Positions 29,830-38,875 of a DNA stretch of 64,000 bases are shown here, piece by piece. How positions within the stretch are numbered: position 1 is the stretch's first letter; every line of letters begins with the position of its first letter. The position numbers were made by a program, and so were the translations under genes. The notes under the pieces are model-generated. The model worked only from the letters and a program-made list of their open reading frames with translations. It made no database searches and had not been told where the DNA came from. The stretch comes from an uncultured Myxococcales bacterium (GTDB lineage: Bacteria; Myxococcota; UBA4151), in NCBI GenBank assembly GCA_964013405.1, contig CAXGWI010000003.1, positions 1 to 64,000 on the forward strand, in the 5' to 3' direction.

Positions 29830-30669
29830 TCAAGAGGCCAAGCGCTGCGCCAGCCAATCTCTGATGTCGGCTCGAACCACAGCTTGTTCTGGCTCATTGA
29901 GGATCTCGTGAAACAAGCCCGCATAAAACTTGAGGGTCTTGTCCTTGCTGCTCGCTTTTGCCACCAACTCTTCCGAGCCCGCCGGGACGGCGATCGCGTC
30001 TTCGCTGCCGTGTAAAACCAAGAGGGGGCATTCAATCCCATCAGCCCGGGAGAGGACCTCTTCGCCGATGCCTAAAAGTTGGTGCCCAGAGCGGGCCGGC
30101 ACCATGCCGTGATAAACGAGAGGATCGCGCTCATAGGCCCGGACGACCTCGGGGTCCCGCGAGACCCGGTCTGGATCCAACTTCGATGCAGGGAGCCGGG
30201 GGGCGATGGTCCCCAAGACGCCAGCGATCTTTTGCAACAACGGGCTGAGATCTTCGCTTAACTTCAAGGGTGGACCGGTGATGATACAGAGGTCCATCCG
30301 CTCTGGAGCCTCGGCCGCGGCCAAGGCGGCAAGGGCCCCACCCATGCTGTGACCAAAGAGAATACGCGGCCGGTTCGGTTGCTCCTCCGCAGCCCACCGC
30401 AGCACACGAATCAACTCGGGCAACAGGCCGCGAAAGCTGCTGATGTAGCCCATTTTGCCACCGGAACGGCCATGGCCCCGCTGATCGTAGGCATAGACCG
30501 CAATGCCCAGGCTCAGCATCTCCTCGACAAAGGCCTCGTAGCGACCGCAGTGCTCGCCATAGCCATGAACCAAGGTCAGACTGGCCCGGACCTCCCCCTC
30601 AGGAAGCCAGCGACAGCGAAAGATGTCGTCACCATCGACTCCAGTGACCGTTTGCTCTTCGTAGCTCAT
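29830..30669 (-). CDS. Lysophospholipase / monoacylglycerol lipase (Hydrolase_4 alpha/beta-hydrolase)
   Basis: Motifs VHGYGEH, DQRGHGRS, GHSMGG, HGSED and FHEILNE. Confidence 0.9.
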   Translation of the reverse strand: MSYEEQTVTGVDGDDIFRCRWLPEGEVRASLTLVHGYGEHCGRYEAFVEEMLSLGIAVYAYDQRGHGRSGGKMGYISSFRGLLPELIRVLRWAAEEQPNRPRILFGHSMGGALAALAAAEAPERMDLCIITGPPLKLSEDLSPLLQKIAGVLGTIAPRLPASKLDPDRVSRDPEVVRAYERDPLVYHGMVPARSGHQLLGIGEEVLSRADGIECPLLVLHGSEDAIAVPAGSEELVAKASSKDKTLKFYAGLFHEILNEPEQAVVRADIRDWLAQRLAS

Positions 30670-30701
30670 AGGCCTTCGTTATCTGGCCCCAGCCTTTCCG
30701 G

Positions 30702-31526
30702 CTACCTGTCGCGACAAAAACCCGAGTTAAACGTGGGAACACAGAATCTTCCACCGGCCCGGGGGCCCGTATCTTCGGGCCCGGGGGCATCACTCCCGAT
30801 CCCCGCATCATCGAAGGGATCGGGCAGACCACTGTCATTATCACCGGGGCGCCCCCGATCATCGACTGGTGGTAGCCCCCCATCGAACTCGCCGCCGTCC
30901 AGGCCACCATCATGAGCCAGCCCTGTGTCTTCGATCACGCCGCTGTCATTGGGCAGGCCGCCATCGTTGGCCACACCCCCATCGTTGGCCACACCACCAT
31001 CGTTGGCCACACCACCATCGTTGGCCACACCACCATCGTTGGCCACACCGCCATCGTTGGCCACACCGCCATCGTTGGCCACACCGCCATCGTTGGCCAC
31101 ACCACCGTCGTTGGCCACACCACCGTCGTTGGCCACACCACCGTCGTTGGCCACACCACCGTCGTTGGCCACACCGCCGTCGTTGGCCGCACCACCGTCG
31201 TTGGCCGCACCACCGTCGTTGGCCGCACCACCGTCGTTCGCTGCGCCGCCATCGTCAGCCACGCCACCATCGTTGGCCACGCCGCCGTCGTTGGCCGCAC
31301 CGCCATCGCTAGCCACGCCACCATCGTTGGTCGCAGCACCGACATCAGCGGCTGGAGCAGGGGAATTTACCGCGGTGGCGCGGGGGCGATGACAGGTGCC
31401 TGCGTAACAAAACTGCCCGAGCGGACAATGGCTGTGCCGCATGCAGTTGATGACGACCTCGCCCGCCTCATCCTCGCCACCGCAGCCAGCAGCGCAGAGA
31501 ACGGCGACAAAAAACAGTGACCTCAT
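30702..31526 (-). CDS. Lipoprotein with a Cys-rich motif and (N/D)DGG(V/A)A hexapeptide repeats
   Basis: Lipobox AGC; CMRHSHCPLGQFCYAGTC; about 21 hexapeptide repeats; ATGA coupling to the upstream gene. Confidence 0.75.
   Translation of the reverse strand: MRSLFFVAVLCAAGCGGEDEAGEVVINCMRHSHCPLGQFCYAGTCHRPRATAVNSPAPAADVGAATNDGGVASDGGAANDGGVANDGGVADDGGAANDGGAANDGGAANDGGAANDGGVANDGGVANDGGVANDGGVANDGGVANDGGVANDGGVANDGGVANDGGVANDGGVANDGGVANDGGVANDGGLPNDSGVIEDTGLAHDGGLDGGEFDGGLPPVDDRGRPGDNDSGLPDPFDDAGIGSDAPGPEDTGPRAGGRFCVPTFNSGFCRDR
30953..31330. repeat. In-frame 18-bp tandem repeat (about 21 units, consensus accaccatcgttggccac)
   Basis: Head-to-tail units directly visible, with blocks of identical variants and no spacers. 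Confidence 0.95.
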
Positions 31527-32023
31527 AGCTCGAAGCGTAGACCGAATTGCAGTTGGAGGCGATAGAAGGAGATATCCGTCGGCAAGTCGTTACCGAAAAA
31601 GTACAGATCGGTGACCAGTCCTACGCTCCCATCGACAATACCGCTGATCTTCGGCCTCCAGGCCAATTCAACGGCGGCACCGTAGAGTGTATAGGGGCTA
31701 ATAAAGCCCCGCAGCCCAAGGCCTAACTCGAAGGGCTGACCAAAAACTGGCTTCAGGGGGATCGTGAGACCCGGTGCCAGTCCGAGGGCAACGCGCTGTT
31801 GCAACGGAACCACCAAACCAAGCCGCCAGCGCTTGGTGTAATCCTCTTCCAAGTACGCGGATAACTCCAGGTTCAAGTGGGCCGGTGCCCCAAGCGAGAT
31901 CACGCCATCAGCGCCCGTTCCAAAACTGACACCCTTCTCCAGAAGCATCCCAAACTGGGGCTCGACCTGGTCGGCCACCGCACGACTGGAAAACAACAGG
32001 GAAGCGAGGAAGAGCCAGCGCAC
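31523..32023 (-). CDS. Small putative outer-membrane beta-barrel protein
   Basis: Signal peptide; amphipathic strands; C-terminus YRLQLQFGLRFEL; GGAGG RBS. Confidence 0.6.
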   Translation of the reverse strand: MRWLFLASLLFSSRAVADQVEPQFGMLLEKGVSFGTGADGVISLGAPAHLNLELSAYLEEDYTKRWRLGLVVPLQQRVALGLAPGLTIPLKPVFGQPFELGLGLRGFISPYTLYGAAVELAWRPKISGIVDGSVGLVTDLYFFGNDLPTDISFYRLQLQFGLRFEL

Positions 32024-32081
32024 ATGGCCTCCAAACAGGTGACCCCCGGTTTATCGGACCAAATACGCTTGCTACTTAGGC

Positions 32082-35000
32082 CTAGTAGTTCTTCGTGAAC
32101 AACTCCACGTCCAGCGTCCATGAACGACGGTTGGCCTGGCTCAGATCACCATAGGTCCAACTCTCGAAATCGAAGTCTGGAATGTAGATGGCCTGCAATG
32201 CCCACAGATAGGCCCCCGGACCGGGCACCGGCGGCTGTTCCGGATTGCCAGTGATCGGCACATGGGGAAGGCGGAACTTCCGCTGATCACCGGGGACGAC
32301 GAAGTCCCAGCGATGATTGGTGACAAGGTTGATGATGATCACCTGATAGACCGTAGGTCGAACACCGGTTTCGGCGGGCTTCCAGCGAAAGTACCCACCC
32401 TCGAGCAGCCCATTGTTCACCGGCGAGGTGATTTCGGGGAACTGGAGAATGGGATCCAAGGTCACGCCAGAGTCGAGACGACCGACACCTTGCTTGAGGG
32501 TGACCGAGTAAGGATAGCTGTAGATGAACTCACCAGCACAGGCATTGCCTTGCATGGTGGGAACACAGCTCTGCCCAGGCTCGCATTGCGCCGCCGACTC
32601 ACAGGATGGTCCTGTGACGTTGTCCGGTTCCCATCGACGGGTAAACGAGCCGCCATAGAAGGTCATGAACTCACCGGGGAATGAGGGCAGTTCTTCCTGC
32701 ACGATGATGTTGCTGTCACTGTCGGTATCACCCAGAGGATAGACACCCTCGCCACCAAAATCGATATAGGTCGTGACCCGCTTTTTATTGGGACCCAACT
32801 TACCTTCTAGCTGACCCGGCGCATCGGGTAGACTGATATTGACGCTCTGCTCGAGGGGGTACTCGAGGTGAATATCGAGGCCGCTATGGATTTCACCGAG
32901 CACTGCGGTCACGCCGCGGCGAACACCTAACTGCCGCAGCTCCACGATCTCTTCCGTGCGGCTGTTGTAGATGCCGGCCCAGGCCAAAAGGGCGTAGCGA
33001 CCGGGCATGGTGATAAAGTCGAAGGTTGCATGGTCAGCGAAGACCATGTCGTTGCCCTGGATCACGATGCAGTTGCCCGTGCCTCCCTGACAGGGCTGAC
33101 CGCCTTCATCCACCGGAACTTCCCAAATGGTGGCCTTCGGAGTGGGGCTTGAGAATGCATTGCGTTGGGTCAACTGAATCTGGGCAAACGGCACTTCGTC
33201 AGGGCCCAAGGTGGCCGGGTCGAATACGGCCTTTGAAAAGCCACTCACCGTCCCCTGGAGGCGGGGATACAAGGCCGGGGGACGACCACCACCGCCACCG
33301 CCGGGCGATGGGGGCGCCGAGCAGTAGAGGATCAAGGTCACATCGGCGCCTTCAGACTCCACGACCGTGGCACTCGTGCACATGTTCTGCATCGCAGTCA
33401 CCGTCTGAGGACCATGGATATCGGGCCCACTCAGCGTGACTTGGCCGATGGCGTTTGTGTAGCCGAAGTATGGCGTATCCGATTCAAGCCCCAGATAGAC
33501 CAGCGCCCCCGCTTGGGGAATCATTTGGCCCATCAGCACCCCGTACACGGTGACGTTGACGGATCCCTCCACATCACCACCATGGGAGCCGCCATTGATG
33601 AACGCAGGGTCGAAATAGGTGAACGCCATCGGCAACACTTGGGATTCACCCCCAACGCTGATGGTCACATCCACGGTTCCCGGCAGGTTGGGCGGCGTGC
33701 GCAGGCTGACCGTATTGTCATTGATCACTCGGACGTCGCTGGCAGCCCCCTGACCGACTTGAACGTTCACGGGACCTGCGCTGAAACCGGTCCCCGTCAA
33801 CACGACATAGGTCCCACCGGCCTGCGCCCCGCGATTGGGATGGAGTCCGTTGAGTCGTAATGGAGCCTCATAGGTGAATGCATTGGCCAAGCGGGCCCGC
33901 TCTAGCCCCCGCTCAACCCGCAACTCCACGGGACCGCCTGCGCCTGGAGGCGTGGTGAAGATGAGGGCATTGCCATCCTGGGTGATCCCTTCGAGCTCCT
34001 GGCCTCCGAGCCATGCTCGCAGCCCCTCACCAAATCCAACACCCTCAACACGGACTTCGGTACCGCCCTCGACGGGCCCCCGACGGGGGTTGAGATTATG
34101 GACCGCTAGGGGTGTTACATACTGAAAGGCACCGGCGCGCTCGGCAAAGCCGGCCGCCGTCTCCACCCGCAGGTCAACAGTTCCTTCGCTACCCTGCGGG
34201 GTCGTCACGAGAAGGCGGTCGCCATCGACCACCAAGTCGGTGGCCTCAACACCACCGAGGAGGACTCGCTGGGGGTCGTCGGTCACCCCGCTGCCGTAGA
34301 TCGCGAGGCGGGTGCCGCCCTGAACGGGGCCCCGATCCGGCGCCGACCCGTGGATGGCGAGTGCATCACCAGCGGCTGTGTAGACGAAGGCTGCGGGCCG
34401 CTCATAGGCTCCTGTCGCATCGGTGGCAGTGACCGCGACCGGTCCAACTTCGGCACCGGCCGGCACCGTGCATTCCAAGCGACCGGCATCGATGACCTGC
34501 AGATCACCACATTCATTGGCGCCAACCTGCACGGTCACCCCGTCGTGAAATCCTTCACCGAGAATTGTGACCGTATAGCCACCGGCAAGATCACCACCAC
34601 TGGGCTGAGCTTCGTTCACTCGGAGCGGGGCGTAGTAACGGAAGGCCAGGGGCAGCACCTTGCGTCCGAAGGCGTTGATCACCTCCACGTCAACTTCACC
34701 GGGGCTCGCGGCCGGCGGCACGATACCGGTCATTTCGTTGGCATCGATTCGCTGGATCCCGCGCACCGCTGCGCCACCGATGAGCACCGCTGTCTCATCG
34801 CTAAACCCATCGCCAAGAAGACGGACTTCACTGCCGCCAAGGTAGCTCCCCGAGCCCGGCTCTACGGAGTGAAGCTCAAGAGGGTCGTAATAGGTAAATG
34901 CGCCCTCGACCGTCGCACTGCCGAGACTGTTTTGCACCACGATATCCGCTGGACCTGGGGTCCCCGGCGGGGTGCGGAAGGTGATAATTCGCTCGTTGGT

Positions 35001-35303
35001 CAGCAGCATATCTAAGCCCTGCTCGCCACCGACGAGGACGATGCTATCCGGTGCGAAGCCCGTGCCGCGGACTCGGACTCGCGTCCCCCCCATGGCCGAA
35101 CCAGACACCGGCGAGACCTCTTGAATTTGCACCGGGCCGGGACCGGCATCCTCTGGTGTGGCCGGACCCGCATCTGGGATGAGTACGGAACCCGCATCCT
35201 CCACAGGGATCTCAACCCCAGCATCTGTGCCCCCTGGGCCCGAATCCGGGCACGCGGCGAGCAGTGCGATTAAAGGAAGAAAAGAAAGGCTGCGTGCCGA
35301 CAT
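32082..35303 (-). CDS. Lipoprotein with six IPT/TIG domains and a C-terminal beta-rich region
   Basis: ATG at 35303 (GGAGG RBS); lipobox LAAC; six repeats of the pattern PxxGxxxGGTxVxxxGxGF...TPP...FTY. Confidence 0.85.
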   Translation of the reverse strand: MSARSLSFLPLIALLAACPDSGPGGTDAGVEIPVEDAGSVLIPDAGPATPEDAGPGPVQIQEVSPVSGSAMGGTRVRVRGTGFAPDSIVLVGGEQGLDMLLTNERIITFRTPPGTPGPADIVVQNSLGSATVEGAFTYYDPLELHSVEPGSGSYLGGSEVRLLGDGFSDETAVLIGGAAVRGIQRIDANEMTGIVPPAASPGEVDVEVINAFGRKVLPLAFRYYAPLRVNEAQPSGGDLAGGYTVTILGEGFHDGVTVQVGANECGDLQVIDAGRLECTVPAGAEVGPVAVTATDATGAYERPAAFVYTAAGDALAIHGSAPDRGPVQGGTRLAIYGSGVTDDPQRVLLGGVEATDLVVDGDRLLVTTPQGSEGTVDLRVETAAGFAERAGAFQYVTPLAVHNLNPRRGPVEGGTEVRVEGVGFGEGLRAWLGGQELEGITQDGNALIFTTPPGAGGPVELRVERGLERARLANAFTYEAPLRLNGLHPNRGAQAGGTYVVLTGTGFSAGPVNVQVGQGAASDVRVINDNTVSLRTPPNLPGTVDVTISVGGESQVLPMAFTYFDPAFINGGSHGGDVEGSVNVTVYGVLMGQMIPQAGALVYLGLESDTPYFGYTNAIGQVTLSGPDIHGPQTVTAMQNMCTSATVVESEGADVTLILYCSAPPSPGGGGGGRPPALYPRLQGTVSGFSKAVFDPATLGPDEVPFAQIQLTQRNAFSSPTPKATIWEVPVDEGGQPCQGGTGNCIVIQGNDMVFADHATFDFITMPGRYALLAWAGIYNSRTEEIVELRQLGVRRGVTAVLGEIHSGLDIHLEYPLEQSVNISLPDAPGQLEGKLGPNKKRVTTYIDFGGEGVYPLGDTDSDSNIIVQEELPSFPGEFMTFYGGSFTRRWEPDNVTGPSCESAAQCEPGQSCVPTMQGNACAGEFIYSYPYSVTLKQGVGRLDSGVTLDPILQFPEITSPVNNGLLEGGYFRWKPAETGVRPTVYQVIIINLVTNHRWDFVVPGDQRKFRLPHVPITGNPEQPPVPGPGAYLWALQAIYIPDFDFESWTYGDLSQANRRSWTLDVELFTKNY

Positions 35304-35437
35304 CGGCCCTCCGCGCCCGCTCGCGAGCGGAACTAATGGCTGTGGGAGCAACCTAGCACCTCCGTGAGGTGCCGGCAAAGGCCCTCCGCTTGGCAATGGT
35401 CCGGCGACGGGGCAAGGGGAAGAACAGGAGCCAATCG

Positions 35438-36250
35438 ATGCATGAAAAATGGATTCGAGAAGCCCTCGCCGATCCAAGCCTTGTGGACGGCGAAGGCCCC
35501 CACCGAAACGCGGTCCTAGACACCCTCGCCGAACTGGACGCAGGTCGACTCCGAGTGGCCAGCGATGACACCGGCGAATGGGTCGTGAACGACTGGGTTC
35601 AGGGGGCGATCAATCTCTACTTTCGCGTCGCGCCCATGGCTCGAATCGAGGCTGGAGAGATGAGCTGGTTTGATAAGATCCCGCCCCGGACCGACCACGC
35701 CGATCGTGGCTTACGGGCCGTCCCCCTTTCCCTGGTTCGCTACGGTGCCTTCGTCGAGCCCGGGGCCGTTCTGATGCCTTGCCTGGTCAATATCGGTGCT
35801 CGGGTCGGTTCGGGATCCATGATCGACACCTGGGCGACCGTGGGCTCCTGTGCTCAGGTGGGACGGGATGTTCATGTGGCCGGCGGGGTGGGCATCGGCG
35901 GGGTCCTTGAGCCCCCTGGGGCTCGTCCTGTGATCATCGAGGATGGCTGCTTTCTAGGCTCTAGATGCATCGTCGTGGAAGGGGTTCACGTGGGCAAGGA
36001 AGCGGTGATCGGCGCTGGTGTGGTTCTGACGGCCTCTACGCCCATCATCGACGTCCGTGGTCCCGAAGCCCAAACCTTGAAAGGCCATGTCCCCCCCCGA
36101 AGTGTCGTCATCCCCGGCATCAGGGAGCGGGACTTCCCCGCCGGCCGCTACGGTCTCCCCTGTGCCCTGATCGTTGGCGAGCGCAAGGCATCGACCGACC
36201 GAAAAACCAGCCTCAATGCGGCCCTCCGGGACCATGACGTGGCCGTCTGA
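35438..36250 (+). CDS. dapD: Tetrahydrodipicolinate N-succinyltransferase
   Basis: Motifs LDAGRLRVA, FDKIP, VNIGARVG, MIDTWATVGSCAQVG, GGVGIGGVLEP and KTSLNAALR; AGGAG RBS before ATG 35438. Confidence 0.95.
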   Translation: MHEKWIREALADPSLVDGEGPHRNAVLDTLAELDAGRLRVASDDTGEWVVNDWVQGAINLYFRVAPMARIEAGEMSWFDKIPPRTDHADRGLRAVPLSLVRYGAFVEPGAVLMPCLVNIGARVGSGSMIDTWATVGSCAQVGRDVHVAGGVGIGGVLEPPGARPVIIEDGCFLGSRCIVVEGVHVGKEAVIGAGVVLTASTPIIDVRGPEAQTLKGHVPPRSVVIPGIRERDFPAGRYGLPCALIVGERKASTDRKTSLNAALRDHDVAV

Positions 36251-37308
36251 TGAGTCTTTCCCCCCTCGAGCAAACCCTGCTCCAACTCCTTGAGATCGAA
36301 TCACCCACCGGCGGTGAAGGCCCGATCACCGATTGGATCGAAGCCCAACTCACCGGCTGGGGCTGGCAGGTGGATCGACTCGGCCACGCCCTGTCGGCCC
36401 GGCGCCCCCAAGGCAGTGGCGGCGTGCCCGTGGGTTTGTTTGGCCATACCGACGTGGTCACAGACCTTGAGATGGCCCCCATCAAGGTCGAAGTTGATGA
36501 AATCCATGGGCCTGGAGCCAGCGACATGAAGGGGGGTCTGGCCGTCATGCTGCAATTGGCGAAGACCCTTCAAAATACCAGTCTTGCGAAGGAGCCCACC
36601 TTGGTCTTCTACGATAAAGAAGAAGGCCCGCTGGCAGACAATGGCCTAGGACCACTCCTCGCAGCCCAGCCACAGTTACACGAACTGGCCCTCGGGCTTT
36701 GCCTCGAACCAACAGATGGACAGTTGCATCTTGGCTGCGTCGGCTCCCTGCACGTGGAGGTGACCGTACACGGCAAAGCAGGCCACTCCGCCCGTCCCTG
36801 GCAAGGCGTGAATGCCATCACGACCGCCGGCGAACTGCTGCACCGTTTCCACCAGTGGCAGCCCCGGGCGACCGAGATCCAGGGACTGACCTTTCACGAT
36901 ACGGTCACGGTCACCACCATTCGCGGTGGGCAGAGCCGAAACTCCGTCCCTGCTGCCTGTACCTTTAACGTCAACCTCCGCTTCGTGCCTGGCCGGACGA
37001 CGGCCGAGGCCTTGGCCGATTTGACAGACTTTGTGGGCGAGGATGCGAGCCTCAAGGTCATCGATGCCAGCGGGGGTGCTGACGTGGTCTTGGACCACCC
37101 CCTCGTCCAGGATCTGCTCAAAACAGAGCGCCTGGAGGTAGCCGCCAAACAGGCCTGGACCGATGTGGCTCAATTGCAAACCGTTGGGGTCCCTGGAATC
37201 AACTACGGCCCCGGCGCCACAGGCTGGGCCCATCAAGCAGGTGAGCGACTCGAGCGTACTCGATTGCAAGAGGCCTACGATGTCCTGGAGCGATGGCTGC
37301 GCGGCTGA
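36250..37308 (+). CDS. dapE: Succinyl-diaminopimelate desuccinylase
   Basis: M20 motifs GHTDVV, GASDMKGG, EE, LEPT, HSARPW, WTDVA and AH; coupled to dapD. Confidence 0.88.
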   Translation: MSLSPLEQTLLQLLEIESPTGGEGPITDWIEAQLTGWGWQVDRLGHALSARRPQGSGGVPVGLFGHTDVVTDLEMAPIKVEVDEIHGPGASDMKGGLAVMLQLAKTLQNTSLAKEPTLVFYDKEEGPLADNGLGPLLAAQPQLHELALGLCLEPTDGQLHLGCVGSLHVEVTVHGKAGHSARPWQGVNAITTAGELLHRFHQWQPRATEIQGLTFHDTVTVTTIRGGQSRNSVPAACTFNVNLRFVPGRTTAEALADLTDFVGEDASLKVIDASGGADVVLDHPLVQDLLKTERLEVAAKQAWTDVAQLQTVGVPGINYGPGATGWAHQAGERLERTRLQEAYDVLERWLRG

Positions 37309-38114
37309 GTTTCATCCTGATCGTCCTCGCCGCCGGCTGTACGGAGGCGAAGATGCCTCCCGTCACAAAACACCGGGTCATTAGCCTGTCGCCCGCTGCC
37401 ACCTCCGTGGTCATCGCCTTGGGGGCCCAGGATCAGCTTGCGGGCATTTCCACCTTCTGCCCTGAAGTACCAAACCATCCAGACCTGCCGCGACTGGGTG
37501 GCCTCATCGATCCTAATCTGGAGGCGATCGCACTGCTCCAGCCCAGTCTCGTCGTTCTCACCTCCGGTGGAAAGGCAACAGCCCACCGCCTTCAACAACT
37601 GGGTATCGACAGCCTCCAACTGGCCGAAGGGGACCTCGGGGGCGTCATCGACAACTACCGGGTCCTGGGCGCTGCCTTGAATCGCCCGGAAGCGAGCATC
37701 CGCTTAAGGACGGAGTTAGAGAACCTCTTCGCAAAGCAGCCACAAAAGCGCGGAAAGCGAACCCTTCTGGTCTTTGCCCATGAGGGTGAGCGCTATTGGG
37801 TCGCCACCCCGAAGGGCTGGCTGGGCCAGTTAGCCCAGCGGATGGGCCTGCGGGTGGTGCCACCGGGCCAGAAAGGTTTCCAGGCGCTGAGCGCAGAAGC
37901 CATCGTCGATCTGGCCCCGGAGCAAATCCTCGAACTCCGAGGACAGGCACCGGGTGGCGCTTCTTTGTCCGACTTGCGGGCCCGCTGGGCCCGCTTTCCC
38001 AGCCTCGCCCAACTCAAGGACATTCATCTCATCGAGGATGAGGAACTGCTCCAGCCGGGCGCCAGCTTGTTTCGAACAGCGCAAGCCCTTCTCCCCTTTG
38101 GCGCGAAGCCATGA
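37293..38114 (+). CDS. Helical-backbone metal/cobalamin/siderophore-binding lipoprotein (BtuF-like)
   Basis: Lipobox AGC; RVISLSPAAT; PNLEAIALLQPSLV; LLQPG. Confidence 0.85.
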   Translation: MAARLSFILIVLAAGCTEAKMPPVTKHRVISLSPAATSVVIALGAQDQLAGISTFCPEVPNHPDLPRLGGLIDPNLEAIALLQPSLVVLTSGGKATAHRLQQLGIDSLQLAEGDLGGVIDNYRVLGAALNRPEASIRLRTELENLFAKQPQKRGKRTLLVFAHEGERYWVATPKGWLGQLAQRMGLRVVPPGQKGFQALSAEAIVDLAPEQILELRGQAPGGASLSDLRARWARFPSLAQLKDIHLIEDEELLQPGASLFRTAQALLPFGAKP

Positions 38115-38875
38115 GTATCCAGGTCATCGACCTGGCCGTGGGCCGGGGAGCTTCGCCGACTTTAACCCAACTCAACTTTGAACTGCCGGCCGGGGAGTTG
38201 GTTGGATTGATCGGCCCCAACGGCGCCGGCAAGACCAGCCTCTTGCGTGCGCTGGCCGGACTGGATGCTCCCCATGCCGGCCAGTTACCGGCCATCAGCC
38301 TCGAGCCGCCGCAACTGCGCCGACAGTCCCTTGCCTTTTTACCCCAGCTCGCGCCGCCCGCGCCGGCCTATTCGGTGCGAGAGTTCGTGCTGATGGCCAG
38401 TGATGAGCCCTTGCGATGGCAGGCCCAATCGACGGCCATCGAGCGGGCAGATGATGCCCTGCTCGCGACGGACCTCAGCGCCCTTGCGCACCGCCCATGC
38501 GATCGCCTCAGTGGTGGTGAATACCGTCGGACTCTACTGGCGGCGACCCTTGCTCAAGGGGCTAGCTTGTTGCTCTTGGATGAGCCCTGTGCTGGCCTCG
38601 ACCTCCCCCACGCTGCCCTCGTGATGAGCCACCTGCGGACTTGGTTGACGGGCGCCAAAAACCGGCGAGTGCTCGTGGCCATGCACGACCTCAACTTGAC
38701 GGCGCAATTTTGCGACCAAGTGCTCCTCCTTGGCGAGGGTGAACTCCTAGGTCAGGACAGGCCCAACGCCGTCCTCACACCGAACCTGCTGGATCGAGCC
38801 TTTGGACCGGGCTTGAGTTGCTTCGAACATCCAGAATCGGGCCAGCGAGTGATTCTCGCGAAGGGCGAACGATGA
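38111..38875 (+). CDS. ABC transporter ATP-binding protein (BtuD/FecE-like)
   Basis: Walker A GPNGAGKT, signature LSGGE, Walker B LLLLDEP and H-loop MHDLN. Confidence 0.92.
   Translation: MSIQVIDLAVGRGASPTLTQLNFELPAGELVGLIGPNGAGKTSLLRALAGLDAPHAGQLPAISLEPPQLRRQSLAFLPQLAPPAPAYSVREFVLMASDEPLRWQAQSTAIERADDALLATDLSALAHRPCDRLSGGEYRRTLLAATLAQGASLLLLDEPCAGLDLPHAALVMSHLRTWLTGAKNRRVLVAMHDLNLTAQFCDQVLLLGEGELLGQDRPNAVLTPNLLDRAFGPGLSCFEHPESGQRVILAKGER

Noticed and set aside
30869..31520. CRISPR-like appearance and several overlapping repeat ORFs (WPHHHR, VGHTTV, LATPPS, WPTTVV)
   Set aside because: Units are contiguous with no spacers and there are no cas genes. The repeat simply lacks stop codons in several frames. 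Only the minus-strand frame has a lipoprotein signal and coupling to a neighbour.
35304..35477. N-terminal extensions in the ORF track that make the IPT gene and dapD overlap head-to-head
   Set aside because: RBS-supported starts at 35303 and 35438 remove the overlap. Similar over-extended starts were trimmed for orn, mreB, the HEAT protein and Hsp70.
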